Source: Eledone cirrhosa | Lineage: Eukaryota | Assembly: GCA_964016885.1 (NCBI GenBank) | Contig: OZ024741.1 | Location: forward strand, 57,226,001 to 57,290,000 | DNA: 64,000 nucleotides | Reading direction: 5' to 3' | Shown: one piece after another, positions 30,134 through 47,595 of the stretch | Position numbering within the stretch: the first letter of the stretch is position 1 | How the letters are laid out: the number at the start of each line of letters is the position of its first letter | The notes under the pieces: generated by a model | Told to the model about the DNA's origin: nothing | The model's database searches: none | What the model saw: the letters and a program-made list of their open reading frames with translations, nothing else | Position numbers and translations under genes: made by a program

Positions 30134-30990
30134 TTATAATAAAATTTAATAAAGATTTAAAAGCTTTACGGAATTTATCAAGATTATGGCCATTGGTGGT
30201 ATGAGAAACTGCTAATCCGTCATCACGGTATAAACCGATATTATGGGACGGAAATTTCTCTTTGAGTGTGTGGAGAAGGAATAATCCTACTAAGTCGCAC
30301 ACATCCGCACTGTCATAAGAACCCATTGCAGCATCGAAAGAGTTTTCAGGGTTTGACTTTTTAACCCAGATATTATCATTAGTAAAAAGTAAAGTTTTTC
30401 TAGCATGAAAGATAATGTCCTCTTCTAATTTGGAGATATTAATGAAGGGTCTTGCAAAATCTAAGGCTTTAGTTAATAAGGAAACGGTAATAGAAGGGTA
30501 AAAATCGACAATATCAAATTGGGTAAATCTACACTTCTTTTTACCTTGTATATTATTGAACCAAGAAATAACAGAGGAAGTATTTAGCCACTGTGATAGA
30601 TCAGTGTTAGTTCTAATTTGGAGAATTATTTTTCTTAAGATTTTCTTACTAGCAAGGCCAACCTCGGATTTAGCCGGGTTAATCAGTCTACAACTGGGTC
30701 AATTAGTAAAGTCCAATTTATGGTCTTTAAGGGTAATATATGCTTTACGCTTAGCTAAGCTTTCAATCCGGTTGTCTATTTGTAAAGAACTAGCTAGTTC
30801 TTTAGCTTCTTTATTGATAGTATTGTAGCTATTAATATTAGTTAATTGATATTTATTGGTAATACTATTAGTTAAAAGTTGGTTATACAAATTACTATTA
30901 ACTTCAAAGAGGTTTTTGGTTTTATCAGAAAGAACGAAAGTGTTTGTAGAATTTCTAAAATTAGAGATATCGTGAGAAAGTTTAGTTTGA
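30134..30990 (-). pseudogene. Penelope-like element reverse transcriptase fragment
   Basis: Minus-strand translation CRLINPAKSEVG...FTQFDIVDFYPSIT...FDAAMGSYDSADVCDLVGLFLL...GLYRDDGL gives Penelope-type RT motifs; cut by the gap; frameshift near 30700. Confidence 0.85.
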
Positions 30991-31011
30991 AAATTATTAT
31001 TGTATTATTAT

Positions 31012-32082
<1,071 letters not shown>

Positions 32083-32351
32083 AATATTAAATAAATGGAA
32101 ACTATATTTATAAAACCATATTTATTTCATTATATATATTTCAGGGATAACATATTAACAATATGCTATGCCGTTTCGGACGATAGATAGATTTGGAATT
32201 GGAAAAAATGTCTTTAGATAAAAATAACAGATCCATTCATGTTGACTTATCTTGCAAAACTTGTAAATATACTCCAAATATTTGTCGAGTGCTTTTATAT
32301 CAGTTATAAATATTTACTAGTTGTAACACAACAATTTAAATATAACTTTCC

Positions 32352-35070
<2,719 letters not shown>

Positions 35071-36148
35071 AAGCTAACTAAGAATATAGATTTTACATGT
35101 GGCCGGTGCTCTGGTGCAATAAGTAGCAGCAAGTGCCCACAAAATACTAGCTCTTTCAATTGCGCAGAGGGTTCTATAGAAATAGTGGACAGCTTCCGTT
35201 ACCTGGGCGATAAAATCAGCAGTGGGGGAGGGTGCTCTGAAAGTACAGTAGCTAGAGTCAGAACTGGTTGGAAAAAATTCAGAGAGCTTATACCACTATT
35301 AGCTGCTAAAGGATTCTCCCTAAAAATGAAAGGCAGGTTGTATGATGCCTGCATACGAACAGCAATGTTGCATGGCAGTGAGACCTGGGAATTGTGTGCA
35401 GAGGATATACGCAGACTAGAGAGGAACGAAGCTTGCATGCTACGCTGGATGTGTAACAGTAATATACGTGAACGGCAAAGCATAAACGAACTAAGGAAAA
35501 AATTAGAAATAAGAGGGATCAGATGTTGTTTACTCGAGAGAAGGCTACGTTGGTATGGACACGTGATGCACATGAAAGTCGATAGCTGTATAACAAAGTG
35601 CAGGGCAATAAAGATAGACGGTAGCCACGGAATAGGCAGACCTAGAAAAACCTGGGACGAGCTGATAAACTCCGACCTCACACACTTACACCTCTCCAAG
35701 ACAATGTCACTGGACCGAGACCTTTGGCGGTACTCAGTAACAGAGAAGACCCGCCTTACCTAAATACATAGTAAAACCTACTACAGCCAGTAGGCATCTC
35801 TAACAAAATACACCCCGTCCCACCACCCCCACCCCATCCACACCACCCCGTTCTATGTAAAGTTATGTTGGTGCCGCGCCATCCAGGCCGAAACAAATGA
35901 GATCGTGTAGGTGTCACGACAAAAAAACACACAGTCCACGCTGTAATGTGGCCGTGTAGGCAACACGGTAAAAACCTCCCAGACCCACACTGTAAATGTG
36001 GTGGGTGTTAGGAAGGGCATCCAACTGTAGAAAACCTGCCAGACAGTCCTATGCGAGCAAGACGATCACTCTTGCCTCAAGTGGGAATACCCCCGTCCAA
36101 ACCCATGCAAGCGTGGAACACGGACGTTAAACGTTGATGATGATGATG
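35071..36148 (+). mobile_element. 5'-truncated RTE LINE (C-terminal ORF, stop at 35763, 3' UTR)
   Basis: FRYLGD...[17 protein letters not shown]...RRLRWYGHV...GRPRKTW; (GAT)n tail. Confidence 0.92.
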
Positions 36149-36244
<96 letters not shown>

Positions 36245-36257
36245 GTATATATATATG

Positions 36258-36288
<31 letters not shown>

Positions 36289-36316
36289 GTATATATGTAT
36301 ATATATATGTATATAG

Positions 36317-36437
<121 letters not shown>

Positions 36438-36443
36438 TATGTG

Positions 36444-36547
<104 letters not shown>

Positions 36548-36884
36548 GTTCAAGGAAACAACAAAACAGTGGTACAGGAAGTTTTATTAGTTTCACACTT
36601 TATATGGAAAGGGGGAAAGACAGTTGGAGGCATCAGGCTTTAGCCCTTCTTCAGGAGTACAAAAATAGAGACAGGATCACAAAGGATACATACAGAAAAT
36701 AAAAGGTAGACAAGTTAGCGGTAAAAGCAAGAAGGAAATGAGAAGAGATGTGCGCGTGTGTATGTACATGTAGATGTGTGTTGTGTGTGTAATAGACAAT
36801 CATTGTAAATAATAATTAATAATAGGCGGTGGATTGGCAGTATCAATCAATATAATTGGCAGACAATCAATATAAATAATAATA

Positions 36885-37077
36885 GGCGGTGGATTGGCAG
36901 TATTGGTAGAGGGTCGTACGCCATGCTTTGACGCATAGAGTTACGGCCCTTGCCATTCTGAGTTCAAATCCTGTCGAGGTTAACTTTGCCTTTCATCCTA
37001 ACGGGGGTCGATAAAATAAAGTACCAGTAATACACTGGGATAATTGCTGGCCTTGTGCCTATTGTAGAAACAATTAT
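36885..37077 (+). mobile_element. tRNA-derived SINE with Nin-domain-like core
   Basis: B box gagttcaaatcc; core actttgcctttcatcc...gggggtcgataaaataaagtaccag; second copy at 56412-56603(-). Confidence 0.85.
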
Positions 37078-37496
37078 GAATAATAGTTAAGAAAACCATG
37101 TAAAGTACCCCTGGAGATAGAAAAATATAGAGAGAGGCGACTGCAAGGTGTACAGTCTATAAAGTGGCTAGTGATAGTTGTAGAAATTATGCAAAAAATA
37201 AGTTATATGTAAGCAAGGCTTGGCCTTTGACCCACTTAAAAGGGCAGTAGCTCTGATTCAAGGTACTGACTTGGTCACTGATGACCTGTCCAACGCATAC
37301 CAATATGGAAAAATGATGGAATAGGATGATGTGTACATATATATATATACATACATATATATATACATATATATATATATACATATATATATACATATAT
37401 ATATATACATACATATATATATATATACATACATATATATATATATACATACATATATATATACATACATATATATATATATATATACATACACAC

Positions 37497-37735
37497 ATCA
37501 TCATCATCATCATTTTACGTCCGCTTTTCCCTGCTTGCAAGGGTGGGACCTCCACGGCCACTTTGCAGTGGAATGATAGGTATCCCAGTCCCTATCATCT
37601 CATTTCTACAGCTGAGTAAACTGGAGCAATGTGAAATAAAGTGTCTTGCTCAAGGAGACAACACATGACCCGGTCTGAGAATTGAACTCACAACCTTTCG
37701 ATTGCAAGCCCAATGCTCTAACCACTAAGCCATGC
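37497..37735 (-). mobile_element. tRNA-derived SINE with shortened RTE tail
   Basis: Near-identical head to 28290-28457; tail internally deleted. Confidence 0.85.
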
Positions 37736-37737
37736 TT

Positions 37738-37770
<33 letters not shown>

Positions 37771-38074
37771 CACACATATATATATACATGTATACAGACA
37801 CGTGTATGTACAGAGATTATTGCTAAGATGGTTTTCGTTGTTTCTGGCACGTTATGGCACATTACGGCATGTAATGACTCATCTTGTTGAGGTCACCTTT
37901 CACAATACACCTGTGTAAATTACTTGTACAAATTACCAATGGAAGAACATTTAATTGGGACCTGTTGTTGTTGTTGTTGTTGTTGTTGCTGTGTTTACAG
38001 AAACTTAAGTCTTTTGGCAATTACATTGCGTTGTGGTGGTTACTTAGCTTGTGGAATATATAACATTATAAAGG

Positions 38075-38350
38075 TGAAGGTGGTAGGTTGTGGTGGTCGG
38101 TGGTGGTGGTGGTGTTGGTAGTGATACTGGTGGTGGTGCTGGCGGTAGTGATACTGGTTGTGGTGGTGGTGGTGTTGGTAGTGATACTGGTGGTGGCAGT
38201 GGTAGTGCTGCCTGTGGTGGTGGTGTTAATGGTGATGGAGTTATAATCATCATCAGCACCTCTGCCATTACCACTGCATATCATCATCATCATTGTCCTC
38301 ATAACTACCACTACCTTTAACATCCCAACCACTATTATCATCATCACCAA
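38075..38350. repeat. (GGT)n/(CAT,ACC)n low-complexity tract
   Basis: gtagtgatactggt(ggt)n units followed by cat/acc repeats. Confidence 0.8.
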
Positions 38351-38404
38351 AATCACTGCCAGCATTTTCCTCATTCTCTTTCTTTTTATCGTACCAATAT
38401 TATA

Positions 38405-39125
38405 CATCATCATCATCATTGATTAACGTCTATCTGTTAGACGGGTTTGTTCCATTTAGAGGCAAGTTGGGTTGGGTGACTGTGTCTCGCTTACATAGGA
38501 GAGTTTCTAGCTGGTTTTCTACGGCTGGATGCCCTTCCTAATGCCAACCACATTTACAGTGTGTGCTGGGTGCTTTTTGCCGTGTCTTTTACACGTCTAC
38601 AGTGTGAACTGGATGTTCTTTACAGTGTGGACAGGGCACCTTTGTCATGTCACCGACAACCACTTTACAGTGGGGGCCTCAGCCCTTTTGTCTTGGGACT
38701 AGGGAGGGTGGAGGAGCTTGGGGGGAAAATGTGGACAGGGTAGTAGAGGAGGTATGGTTACTGCTAAGGGAGGTGAATGAGAAAGTTGAGGAAGGTGTTG
38801 CCTACTAGGTATAAACCTCATCCTGAGAAGAATAGAGGGCAGGTCTTCTGTAAAACTGCATAGTGCCAGAGGTTGCGGTCCTGAGTCATTGCCTTTGAGA
38901 GGTGTAATTGTGCAAGGTCAATTTTCATTACCTCATCCCAAGTCTTCCTAGGCCTGCCCACACCACGGCTACCATCGGCTTTCAGCGCTCTGCACCTTAT
39001 TATACAGCTGTCCTCCTATATACGCATCACATGTCCATACCAACACAATCTCCTCTCCACCATACAACAACTGATCCCTCTTAGGCCTAATTTCTCATGC
39101 AGTGTATTTATACTTTGCTGTTCAT
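38405..39125 (-). mobile_element. Degenerate RTE 3' fragment
   Basis: Homologous to 3214-3990. Confidence 0.8.
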
Positions 39126-39479
39126 CGTTTGACAGGTTAGGGGATCATGACTGGCTCATACAATGTTTTTGATTTGATTTTCTTCAGCTGGATGCTTTTT
39201 ATTAAATCAAAGTTACTATAATTATAATGCAACAGAAGAAGTAAGCATTTTAAAGCCATTTTCCCTGCTAAATCAGGACAGGCTTTATGCTCATCATGGG
39301 GTCCTTTTTGAAGCAATGTTTTACAGTCAGATGTTCTTTCTGGCGCCAACCCTTACAATGCTCCTGGATATAGTGTACTTATATGTGTGTGTGTGTAAAA
39401 GGTAAACAGAAATAATAAAACAAACGTAACAGTACATGGAAGAAATATATTAGTTTAATGCTTGGAAAAGCAGGAAGAG

Positions 39480-39518
39480 AGTTTTAACGTTTCTGACACT
39501 AGTCCTTCATCAGAAGCT
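39480..39518 (-). ncRNA. Minimal hammerhead-like motif (Penelope pLTR type)
   Basis: agctt-CTGATGA-a-ggac tagt gtca-GAAACGTTA-aaact; palindromic AACGTT; one mismatch in each of helices I and II; related decayed copies at ~19195-19222(-) and ~36628-36657(-). Confidence 0.55.
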
Positions 39519-39884
39519 AGAGTTAGAAATAAAAGATAGATAGAAAGTAAAGAGTGATAAGAGGAAGGAACGGGAGAAAAATGAGGAAAAAAGGGAGAAA
39601 AAAAACAACACAAATGCGTATTTAGTCTGCCATCCTGGAGTGGCTGGTCAAGGGATATCTTAGGCATCAGAGAAGTTAAGGAAGGAAGGTAATCAATGGA
39701 GGTGGCATGTGAATATGCATGCGTGTGTTGGTGTGTATGCGCATGCTTGAAGGAGAAGCTTTGAACCGTGACTAGCTGGCTTCTGAAAGAGTGTGTATAT
39801 GCATGAATGAATGTGTGCACGTGAACTAACCGACGTAAGTGGGTGTATAAGAATGTATATGAATTTATATATATACATATATAT

Positions 39885-40085
39885 AAAACAAAGAAAGTGT
39901 GGTAAGGAACCAGGTGGACCATAATGCACCAGAGTACTCAATACTTAGGGTAGTAGAGTTGGTAATAGGAAAAGAGTCAGGACCCCAACAGCTGAGCTCC
40001 GGTCGTTTCGACAGCTAGATCTGAGTTCGGATCTAGCTGTCGAAACGGCCAGAGCTCAGCCATCGGGGTCCTGACTCTTTTCCTA
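39885..40085 (-). mobile_element. Hairpin-plus-tail element (family H, copy 2)
   Basis: Reverse-oriented homologue of 149-343; hairpin 39965-40085; TA flanks. Confidence 0.75.
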
Positions 40086-40734
40086 TATATATATATGAGT
40101 ATAGCTATATATAAATATATATATAAGGTGGGTAATAATAAATATTACCCAGTTATAAGTATGAAAATAGCTCCATGTAAAATAACAAGTATACTACAGA
40201 GCCGAAATACAATGTAAATGACAATCAAAGAGTGTTTAAACTTTCAAACATTTAATCACTGACAATCGTTTCATCCTAGCACAAGGCCGATATCATTGGA
40301 GTTGATAACAAAAATCAAATACAAATATAAGATCAAACTTTGTCACAAGAACATTAGGAGGATACATAATATGGGAGGATAGATAAGTGTAAGTATCAAC
40401 ATTTATATAAGGTAACAGAGGCGGAAAAAACATATAAAGAATAGGAGCAGATAAAAGCAATAAAAATTTTAAAAAACATGCTGTTAAGATAAATTAAGTA
40501 CAGTGAAAAACACATTTCATAAATAGTTAAGAAAGTTAATAAAGCTAATAAGAGAAAGCATGCAATTCAAATATAAATTTTTAAAATATTTTTAAAAATA
40601 TATTTTACAATATATCTAAAAATACATTAAAAATGTTTAGGTGCACTTGTAGCATAGCCATGGATTACAGACAAGTGCAAGACTATAAACTACACAATTC
40701 AGTCGTAATAATAATTATTTTGGCTGGAAAGGGC

Positions 40735-40920
40735 CGGCAGTTTTCCTCTGTCAGGTGGCTGTAGCAAAAGAGGTTGTGTGGTGGACATAGCTGAAACGAC
40801 TGAAGGCAGACACTTTCCTCTTCGGTCACTTGAAAAGGAAGGTGAGGGAAGTGATGCTCCACTACTCCTGTTCTTTGTATTGTACCCTGTATGTTACCTC
40901 ATGTAGCCAATAAAAAAAAA
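40735..40920 (+). mobile_element. Old Tx1-type 3' fragment
   Basis: gcagttttcctctgtcaggtggctgtagcaaaagaggttgtgtggtggac aligns with 16470-16520; ends aataaaaaaaaa. Confidence 0.6.
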
Positions 40921-41059
40921 CAATCATTATTATCATTAATATGATGAAAAATGAGAGAGAGATTCACTAAAGTGAAAATATTCAGCTATTTTCATTTCAC
41001 GTGCGCTGTATTCGAGGTACACACAGTAAATTCATTGAAGGAAGCTGCTTTAGAGATAG

Positions 41060-41900
41060 ATGTCTTTGTGTGAAAATTGTTATTTTACTTTTTCCAAATG
41101 TATTGACAAGTTCTTTGACAATAACGAAAAAAGTGTAGACTTTCTTCGTTCCCTCGGTGAGCTGCTAAATTCCGTAATTTATCCACACTCTAAAACTGAA
41201 TGTGTATATCGAAAGGAACAACATCTATGGCAATGCAGAAGGAGTTATACTGTTACCATATCGAAAAAAAAAAAAAGGTGACACTGTGGCTATTCTGTTT
41301 CAGACTTTAATGGTTCCTTTCTTCAGAATGTACACATTTCTCCATGGAAAATTATTCTTTTTGTGAATGAATACCTGAGACGGGTTGTGAAATCATGGAA
41401 CAATAGTTTTACTAACAGCAACCAATTGAAGTTGCGGTTGATGAAATTTGAATTGTCTGCCGAAAATGTAGGAGAGGCCGGATTCTAAGCCAAGTTTAGT
41501 TGCTTGATGGAATAGAGTAAACCAGTAAACGTCACTCTGTTGTGCCTCTAACTGCCCAGAAGCGTCACAAAACAACACCGGTTCCTCTCATTCAAAAATA
41601 TATCCAACCTCGATCAGTTACAACGCTTTTTACTGCCTACAAGAATCTTAACAGTTTGGGATATAAGCTTGTTACTATAAACCATTCTGAATATTTTGTT
41701 GACACATACACACACAAAACATTGAATGGTTTTAGAGAGATTTAAAAGAGTGGGTTAGAAGGCCAGGTATTCGGTCAAAATATCTACACCAGTACCATTG
41801 CCTGATATTTATGTACAACTTCAATAAAAGACAAAACCAAAATCTGCTGCACCAATTTTCTATTGAGGCAGCCAATATGTATCCCTCATCCCAGATCGCC
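41060..41900 (+). pseudogene. Merlin/IS1595 (ISXO2-like) DDE transposase remnant
   Basis: PLIQKYIQP...AYKNLNSLGYKLVTINHSEYFVD and the shifted-frame HTQNIE match the ISXO2 'VNHS..FVD....HTQ.IE' motif; multiple stops and frameshifts. Confidence 0.75.
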
Positions 41901-42609
41901 AACAAAGGAATAATATGAATGGCAGAGTAGATTTTGATATAAGAAAAATTGTGAACAGACTACACATCCGGAAATAGAAGACATACAGGAGTGCTCTTCT
42001 ACTACATAAGGTAACTTCAGTGATTTTCAAATAACATTAGTATCATTTAAGATATTCGTTTTTAATTTTGATGCTAGTTGGTTGATACGTTTCGTTAAAA
42101 CCTTCATAACTTAGTCGCCACCCCTACCTTCCGACATTTGTCGTGAGGTATGCTTAACTAAATTACGATTTTGGAAGTAAGATTCTTTGAAAACCCATGA
42201 AAATACCCATAAAAAAAATTGTAAAGACAACTAGGGGGAAGGAAGAGAAATCCGAGAGTCCCCCCCACATCCCAAAAGGCCGTTTGTGGCATGTTTGGAA
42301 GTCAAATTCGTTGATAATATGATAATACACAAAATAACTGCGAGGAGACGGGGCTTAGAGAAACTATGGGGCAAGGGGTATTCGAGGGCGAGAACTCATC
42401 TCCGTTTTCCGAGGGGGGGGGGGGGTTTCCATTGCAAGTATAATCAACTAATCTGACCTCCAATATTCTTGCAATTGACTTTTTAGGAAAGCTGATGACG
42501 CCTGTGTGCGATGCTGCATAGTAGTGAAATATAGACGTTGACTGCAGAGGACATGCATAGACTGAAGCAACCATGTTTCATTGGATGCGCAATGAAGATG
42601 TTTTAAATA

Positions 42610-44088
42610 TATACATAAATAACATTACAAATGCTTAGATAACATTATAAATTGCTCGCGATTCTTTCAGAAAGATATATTCTTTTAATGTTACAAGAAA
42701 ATGTAAAGGAAGGGTTGAACAACCGAGCCAACACCAGAGCAAAAGACAGCAACGTCGCGAGGAGTACCGGGAAACCTCTCTAATGATTTTTGAGGCAAGC
42801 CAATACACTCGCAGCGTTGCCTCGGGTGATGGTGAGGCTAATGCGCTGGAACAACCAAACGTCCTCGCGAAATTCGCCAGTTACCTCTATTAGGCAAGCC
42901 GCCAGTGAAGAGAGGAACCTCGCAGTCAGCGGCCCGACTCACCCAAACGTCTCGAAAGCCACTGGCTGAAAAATGTAGCTGGCTGACAGATCACAGTATT
43001 TGAGGGTCTTACTCCGCTCGGCTGCGGAACTCGTCCTAACTGCAGCATCCAGGATGTGGGAAAGAGCAAACGAGTCACTAACAGTGACGTCCCAGACAAG
43101 GCACCTGCTTCTCGACCAGGGGCACAGGGTAAGGCCGTCAGGTCTTTTGCCGTCACTTCTAAACAACCCAGATGGTTCTAAGATTGAGGGGATGTTCGCC
43201 CAGGCTAAAGCTCTCTTGAGAATGAGGTTTAGTTCCGTGTGACGCGCAAAGCGGCCGGCATTCAGGCGGCAAGAAAGACTGTGAAGGCCGGTGGAGTCGA
43301 GGAGTTTGCCGCATCGGCACCTCAAACCTATGCAGACGTCAGCTCCCACTGAGGGCGAGGCGATGGAGACACGAAGTTCGTCCAAGCTGAGTAGGCCACC
43401 AACGTTGGCCACGGGTAGGGCATCAACCCAGTCGCCTGAGTATTTGGCGCTGGCAGATAGTAAGCGGCACCTTGCAAACTTATCTGACTGGACGAAGAGG
43501 GAGTCGAAGGTGGCCTTCGAACTTATGCTGTCCCAAGTTCTCTGACTTCGACTGTCCTCCACCTTCTCAGGAAGAGACAAGCCCAACTCACTCCATTGCT
43601 GGAGAGCTTCATCCAACTCCCTGTTGGAACTAATCCATGTTGGAGAGGAGAGGATGCTGCTCACCAGGGTGGAGCAAGCATGGGTGGAGGAAAGGAACAA
43701 AGGGAGAGAGAGGGACGAACACTTACGAAGACCAAGACCCCCAAATTTTGGGCAACACAGCCTGATCGCGGGACTCTGAAGAGAGTCTAACATTGACCAG
43801 GCACTCGAGTCTCTCGAAGATTAGGTTGTCGAAGCGTTGGAGGCAGGACGGAAATCTGTGAGAGGGGCTGACCCTGAACAGATACAGAAGCTAAGGAATA
43901 GACAGGTAGTTCCTGCGTATGAAGAAACCTTGATGGGGTTCGATAACTTCAATATTCTTCAGCAGCTGCTCAAGGCCAACCATCTTCGATTGGAAGATTG
44001 ACTCGAAGGCAAGGTCTGTGATTGGGGCTCCTAAGAAGCACCAAGCCGACGGGGGAGGGACCGCGATGGAAGGGAAGGATTCTGCAAA
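42610..44088 (-). mobile_element. 5'-truncated non-LTR retrotransposon with restriction-like endonuclease (CRE-like)
   Basis: ORF 42939-43793(-): GGLG, CRCG...GLHSLSC (zinc knuckle), RFARH, GKRPDGLTL.PW...LVWDVT, FQPVAFETFG. Confidence 0.85.
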
Positions 44089-44545
44089 TGTGAGAGAAAG
44101 GCAGTTTGGACAAACTGAGAGAGAAGTTAGGTTAAAGGGAATCGGTGATGGTGTACAGGAGAGAAGACTGCGTTGGTATGGACATGTGATGTGCATGGAC
44201 AATGACCAATGGGTGAAGAAATGCCAGGAAATCCTAGTGGAAGGAAGCTGCACTAGAGGACGACCAAGAAAGATCTGGGCAGAAGTTTATATCAACCAAC
44301 TAGCATCAAAATTAAAAAATGATACTAATGTAATTTGAAAAGCACTGAAATTACCTTAGGTAGTAGAAGAGCACTCTCGTGTCTCTTCTACTTCCGGATG
44401 TGTAGTCTGTTCACAATTTTTCCTATATCAAATCGCTAAGACTGGCAGAGGAGATGACAAAGGAACGCGATAAATGTAAAGATGCCGTACTGAGAAGGAC
44501 CCATCCAACCCATGCAAGCATGGAAAAGTGGACCTAAAAATGATA
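44089..44545 (+). mobile_element. RTE 3' fragment interrupted by an inverted 145-bp insert
   Basis: [10 protein letters not shown]...GRPRKIWAEV to ~44288; resumes at ~44435 through acccatgcaagcatggaaaagtggac. Confidence 0.8.
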
Positions 44546-45236
44546 TGTGTGTGTATGTAAACGAAAGATTAAACAAATATTATTATTGTAGCATTTAAAA
44601 GATTTACGACCGTTTCATTAGACTAACAAGAATGTTCCATTCCTGCAAGAATATTCTATTCTTGCAAGAAAAACTCCGCAGAATCAATCAAATACAAATA
44701 AATACCTTGCATGTTTTAAAATCCCAGTAAGAGAAAAGACAGAGTGAAAAGTGTAAACAATAGCATTCAAATATTGTAAGGGAAAGCATAAAACATTTAT
44801 GGAAGCCTAAACATGTAATTAAAAAATTATCGTTCAGTAACTATAGATATTTTATGAACTAAAATATATTGATACAAAATATGCTATACACTAGCATAGA
44901 GATAAAAGTATACTAATAAGAATTATATGGTTTATTACATTTAATAAGTGAATATTAATAGAATATACATAGAATACATACAAAATGTAAGGAAGCATAC
45001 CAAAGTAACAAATATATCTATAATAAAGTGAAGGTTTAGTAACTAAGAACCTTCTAACAACTTAAGATATAGTTAAAGAGGAGATAGACTACGCCAAGAA
45101 TAAAACTGTGGTAATAGCATAGTATCAAGTTAGGAATTATATGATAAATAGAAGAAGAAAAGGGAAATTAATAGATCTTTTCTGTATGTATGGATATGTT
45201 TAAGTTTATGTGTATATATATATATATATGTGTGTG

Positions 45237-47280
45237 TCTTCTTCTTCTTCTTCTTCTTGAGAGGGTCGTGGGGGAAGAGTCCTCAAACACTCCTTTCAGC
45301 AGGTCCTGTCAGAAGTAACCATTTCCAACAGATCCATCTGGATCCCCAAGTGAGACCAGCCGAGCACATTGATGATATCCAAGCATCATGCTCAGGGTCT
45401 ACCCCTGGGTCTTCTGCCGGTTGGTTTTGCCCGTAAAATCTGTCCAACAATTCTTTCCTGGGTCATTCTAACCATATGCCCATAGTATCGAAGCAGTGAT
45501 CTCTCTATTCGGAGAAGTAGTGGCTCCCTGATCTCCGAGCTAAGCACTCTATTGAGTAACGTTACTCCAAAGACCCTTCAGGGAACCCCATTTCGGCCGC
45601 GTATATTCGCATCATATTCTTTCAGTCATTACCCAAGATTCATGACCAAAAGTAAGGGTTGGCATGAATACCGAATTGAAGATAGTGAGCTTGGCTTTTA
45701 CACCTTCTGATTACTGAATGCTGAAACTGGAGCATTACCGCACCAGCTCCTGCAATTCTTGCACTTAATTCAGCCTCACGCCTTCCATCACTCATGAACA
45801 TACGCCCGAGATACTTCAGTGCAACTCCATTCACATGTAGAGTGCGCAGTAAAGGCTTCCTTGCGAGAATGAGTGTCTCAGTTTTCATTCCAGCCGTGCA
45901 GCACTAGGCATCAAACCTATCATGTGCATGTTGGATATCACCTTCTGTCGAGTTAAGTAATACCCTGTCGTCTGCAAATTCCAGCTAACTGTCATACCAC
46001 TTACAACCCGGCTGCGCATGTCAATCCTGTTCACAAAAATAATGACCAGGAGAGGTGAAAGTATGCAACCTCGAGGTAATCCCTCTCCTACATTGAATGG
46101 TTTCAATTTAGCACCATTTATCTGAACACAAATATTCAGGCATTCGTATAAAGACACCATGGCAACAAGAAGCTGACCATCGATCCCATACTCCTGCAGA
46201 ACCTTCCACAGCATGTCCCGAGGAACACGGTCATATGCCTTTTCGAGGCATACAAAACAAGAATATACCTCTTGGCAATACTCCCATGATTTCTCTAAGC
46301 TCTGTGGCAGTATGAATATTTGGTCGGCTGTGCTGCATCCAGAGTGAAAACTGCACTCTTCATCAGCTAGCTTGGATGCGACAGTCTCACTACATCTCTT
46401 TGCCAGACACGTAGCATAATCTTTACTGGGGAGGTTTCACCAGGAGATCTCTCTATAATTGGAACAATCTCAGTATAATCTTTACCGGGTAGGCTTCACA
46501 AGGAGATCTCTCTATAATTGGAACAATCCCTCTTGTATCCATTTTTGAAAATTAGGATTATCACTTCCTATTGCAATTGCTTAGGTGCCTTTCCAGAGAT
46601 CCAGGCCACCCGGCACACACGAGTCAGCCAGAAAATACCTTCTCTATTTAAGGCTTTTTTCATCTTCCCCTGTGGCCTTGCCACATTTGAGCTCTTTAAT
46701 TGCTCTTGTGACCTCAGTCTCCAAGAGATTAGTCACCGCTCCCAGATCCACCCCTTTACAATAGACGGTACTGTTGTGGTTGGGTTTAGGAGACTAACAA
46801 AGTATTCTCTTGATCCCACGAGGATGAAACTCTCTGAAGAAAGGAGAACCCCAGAGGCGTTCCTGATAGCAGGTGTGGAAGAGGACTTCTTATTACAAAG
46901 TCGACGGATGGTCTGCCAGAAAAACTCTTTTTTGCTGATTTGAAGTCGAATTCCAGCTTAACCCCAAAGTCCTCTCATGTCTTAACTTTGGACACCTTTA
47001 CTGTCTCTGCTGCGATTCTTTGTGCCTGCTCGTACCGCAAGTGCAAGAAGGACTTATTTTCAAACCAAGCTTTGTAGGCCTCCTCCTTTGCTCGGTTGGC
47101 ATCTTTGACCCCTTGATTGAATCAATGTGTCCTCATGATATCCGGTGCCACATCAAGCCTCTTTCGTCCGTAGCACTTAACAAGTGAAGCAAAAACTGCT
47201 GAGCTGAACAATCCCCACGCTGTCTCAACGTCCTCAGTTTGCTCAGGGAGTTCTTTGAATTTGGATGCAATAATATTTGC
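45237..47280 (-). mobile_element. Degenerate RTE LINE of a second family, (GAA)n tail
   Basis: CFVCLEKAYDRVPRDMLWKVLQEYGI, GLPRGCILSPLL, LKYLG; internal ~55-bp duplication at 46417-46528. Confidence 0.85.
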
Positions 47281-47394
47281 TTAATAATTAAAGAGTTAAC
47301 CTTTTCATTGCCATATTATTATATCTACGATATACAATATTGGTACAAGGCCATAAATGTTGGAATGTTTGTAGTACAATAGATTTAGTGTACC

Positions 47395-47595
47395 CCAGTA
47401 CTAATTAAGCCCTGTTTCAGAGTGGGACTTAGTGGGTCCCAGTGCTTGAGTGAGACTTATTGAGAGCCTAATACTGGAGTGAGACTTATTGAACTCCTAG
47501 TATTAGAGTAGGACTTATTGTAACCCCAATTCCTTGCACTGGAGTAGACTTATTCTACTGAACCCCCTTCTAGTACTGGAGTAGGACTTATTAAT
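47395..47595. repeat. Degenerate tandem repeat (actggagtaggacttatt-like)
   Basis: About 6 variants of gagt(a/g)(g/a)gactta. Confidence 0.6.

Noticed and set aside
38044-38419. Pro/Thr/Gly-rich ORFs
   Set aside because: Low-complexity trinucleotide tract open in several frames on both strands.
42490-42535. CTGATGA...GAAA; also isolated CTGATGA at 6654, 52532, 63950
   Set aside because: No compatible helices; expected by chance.
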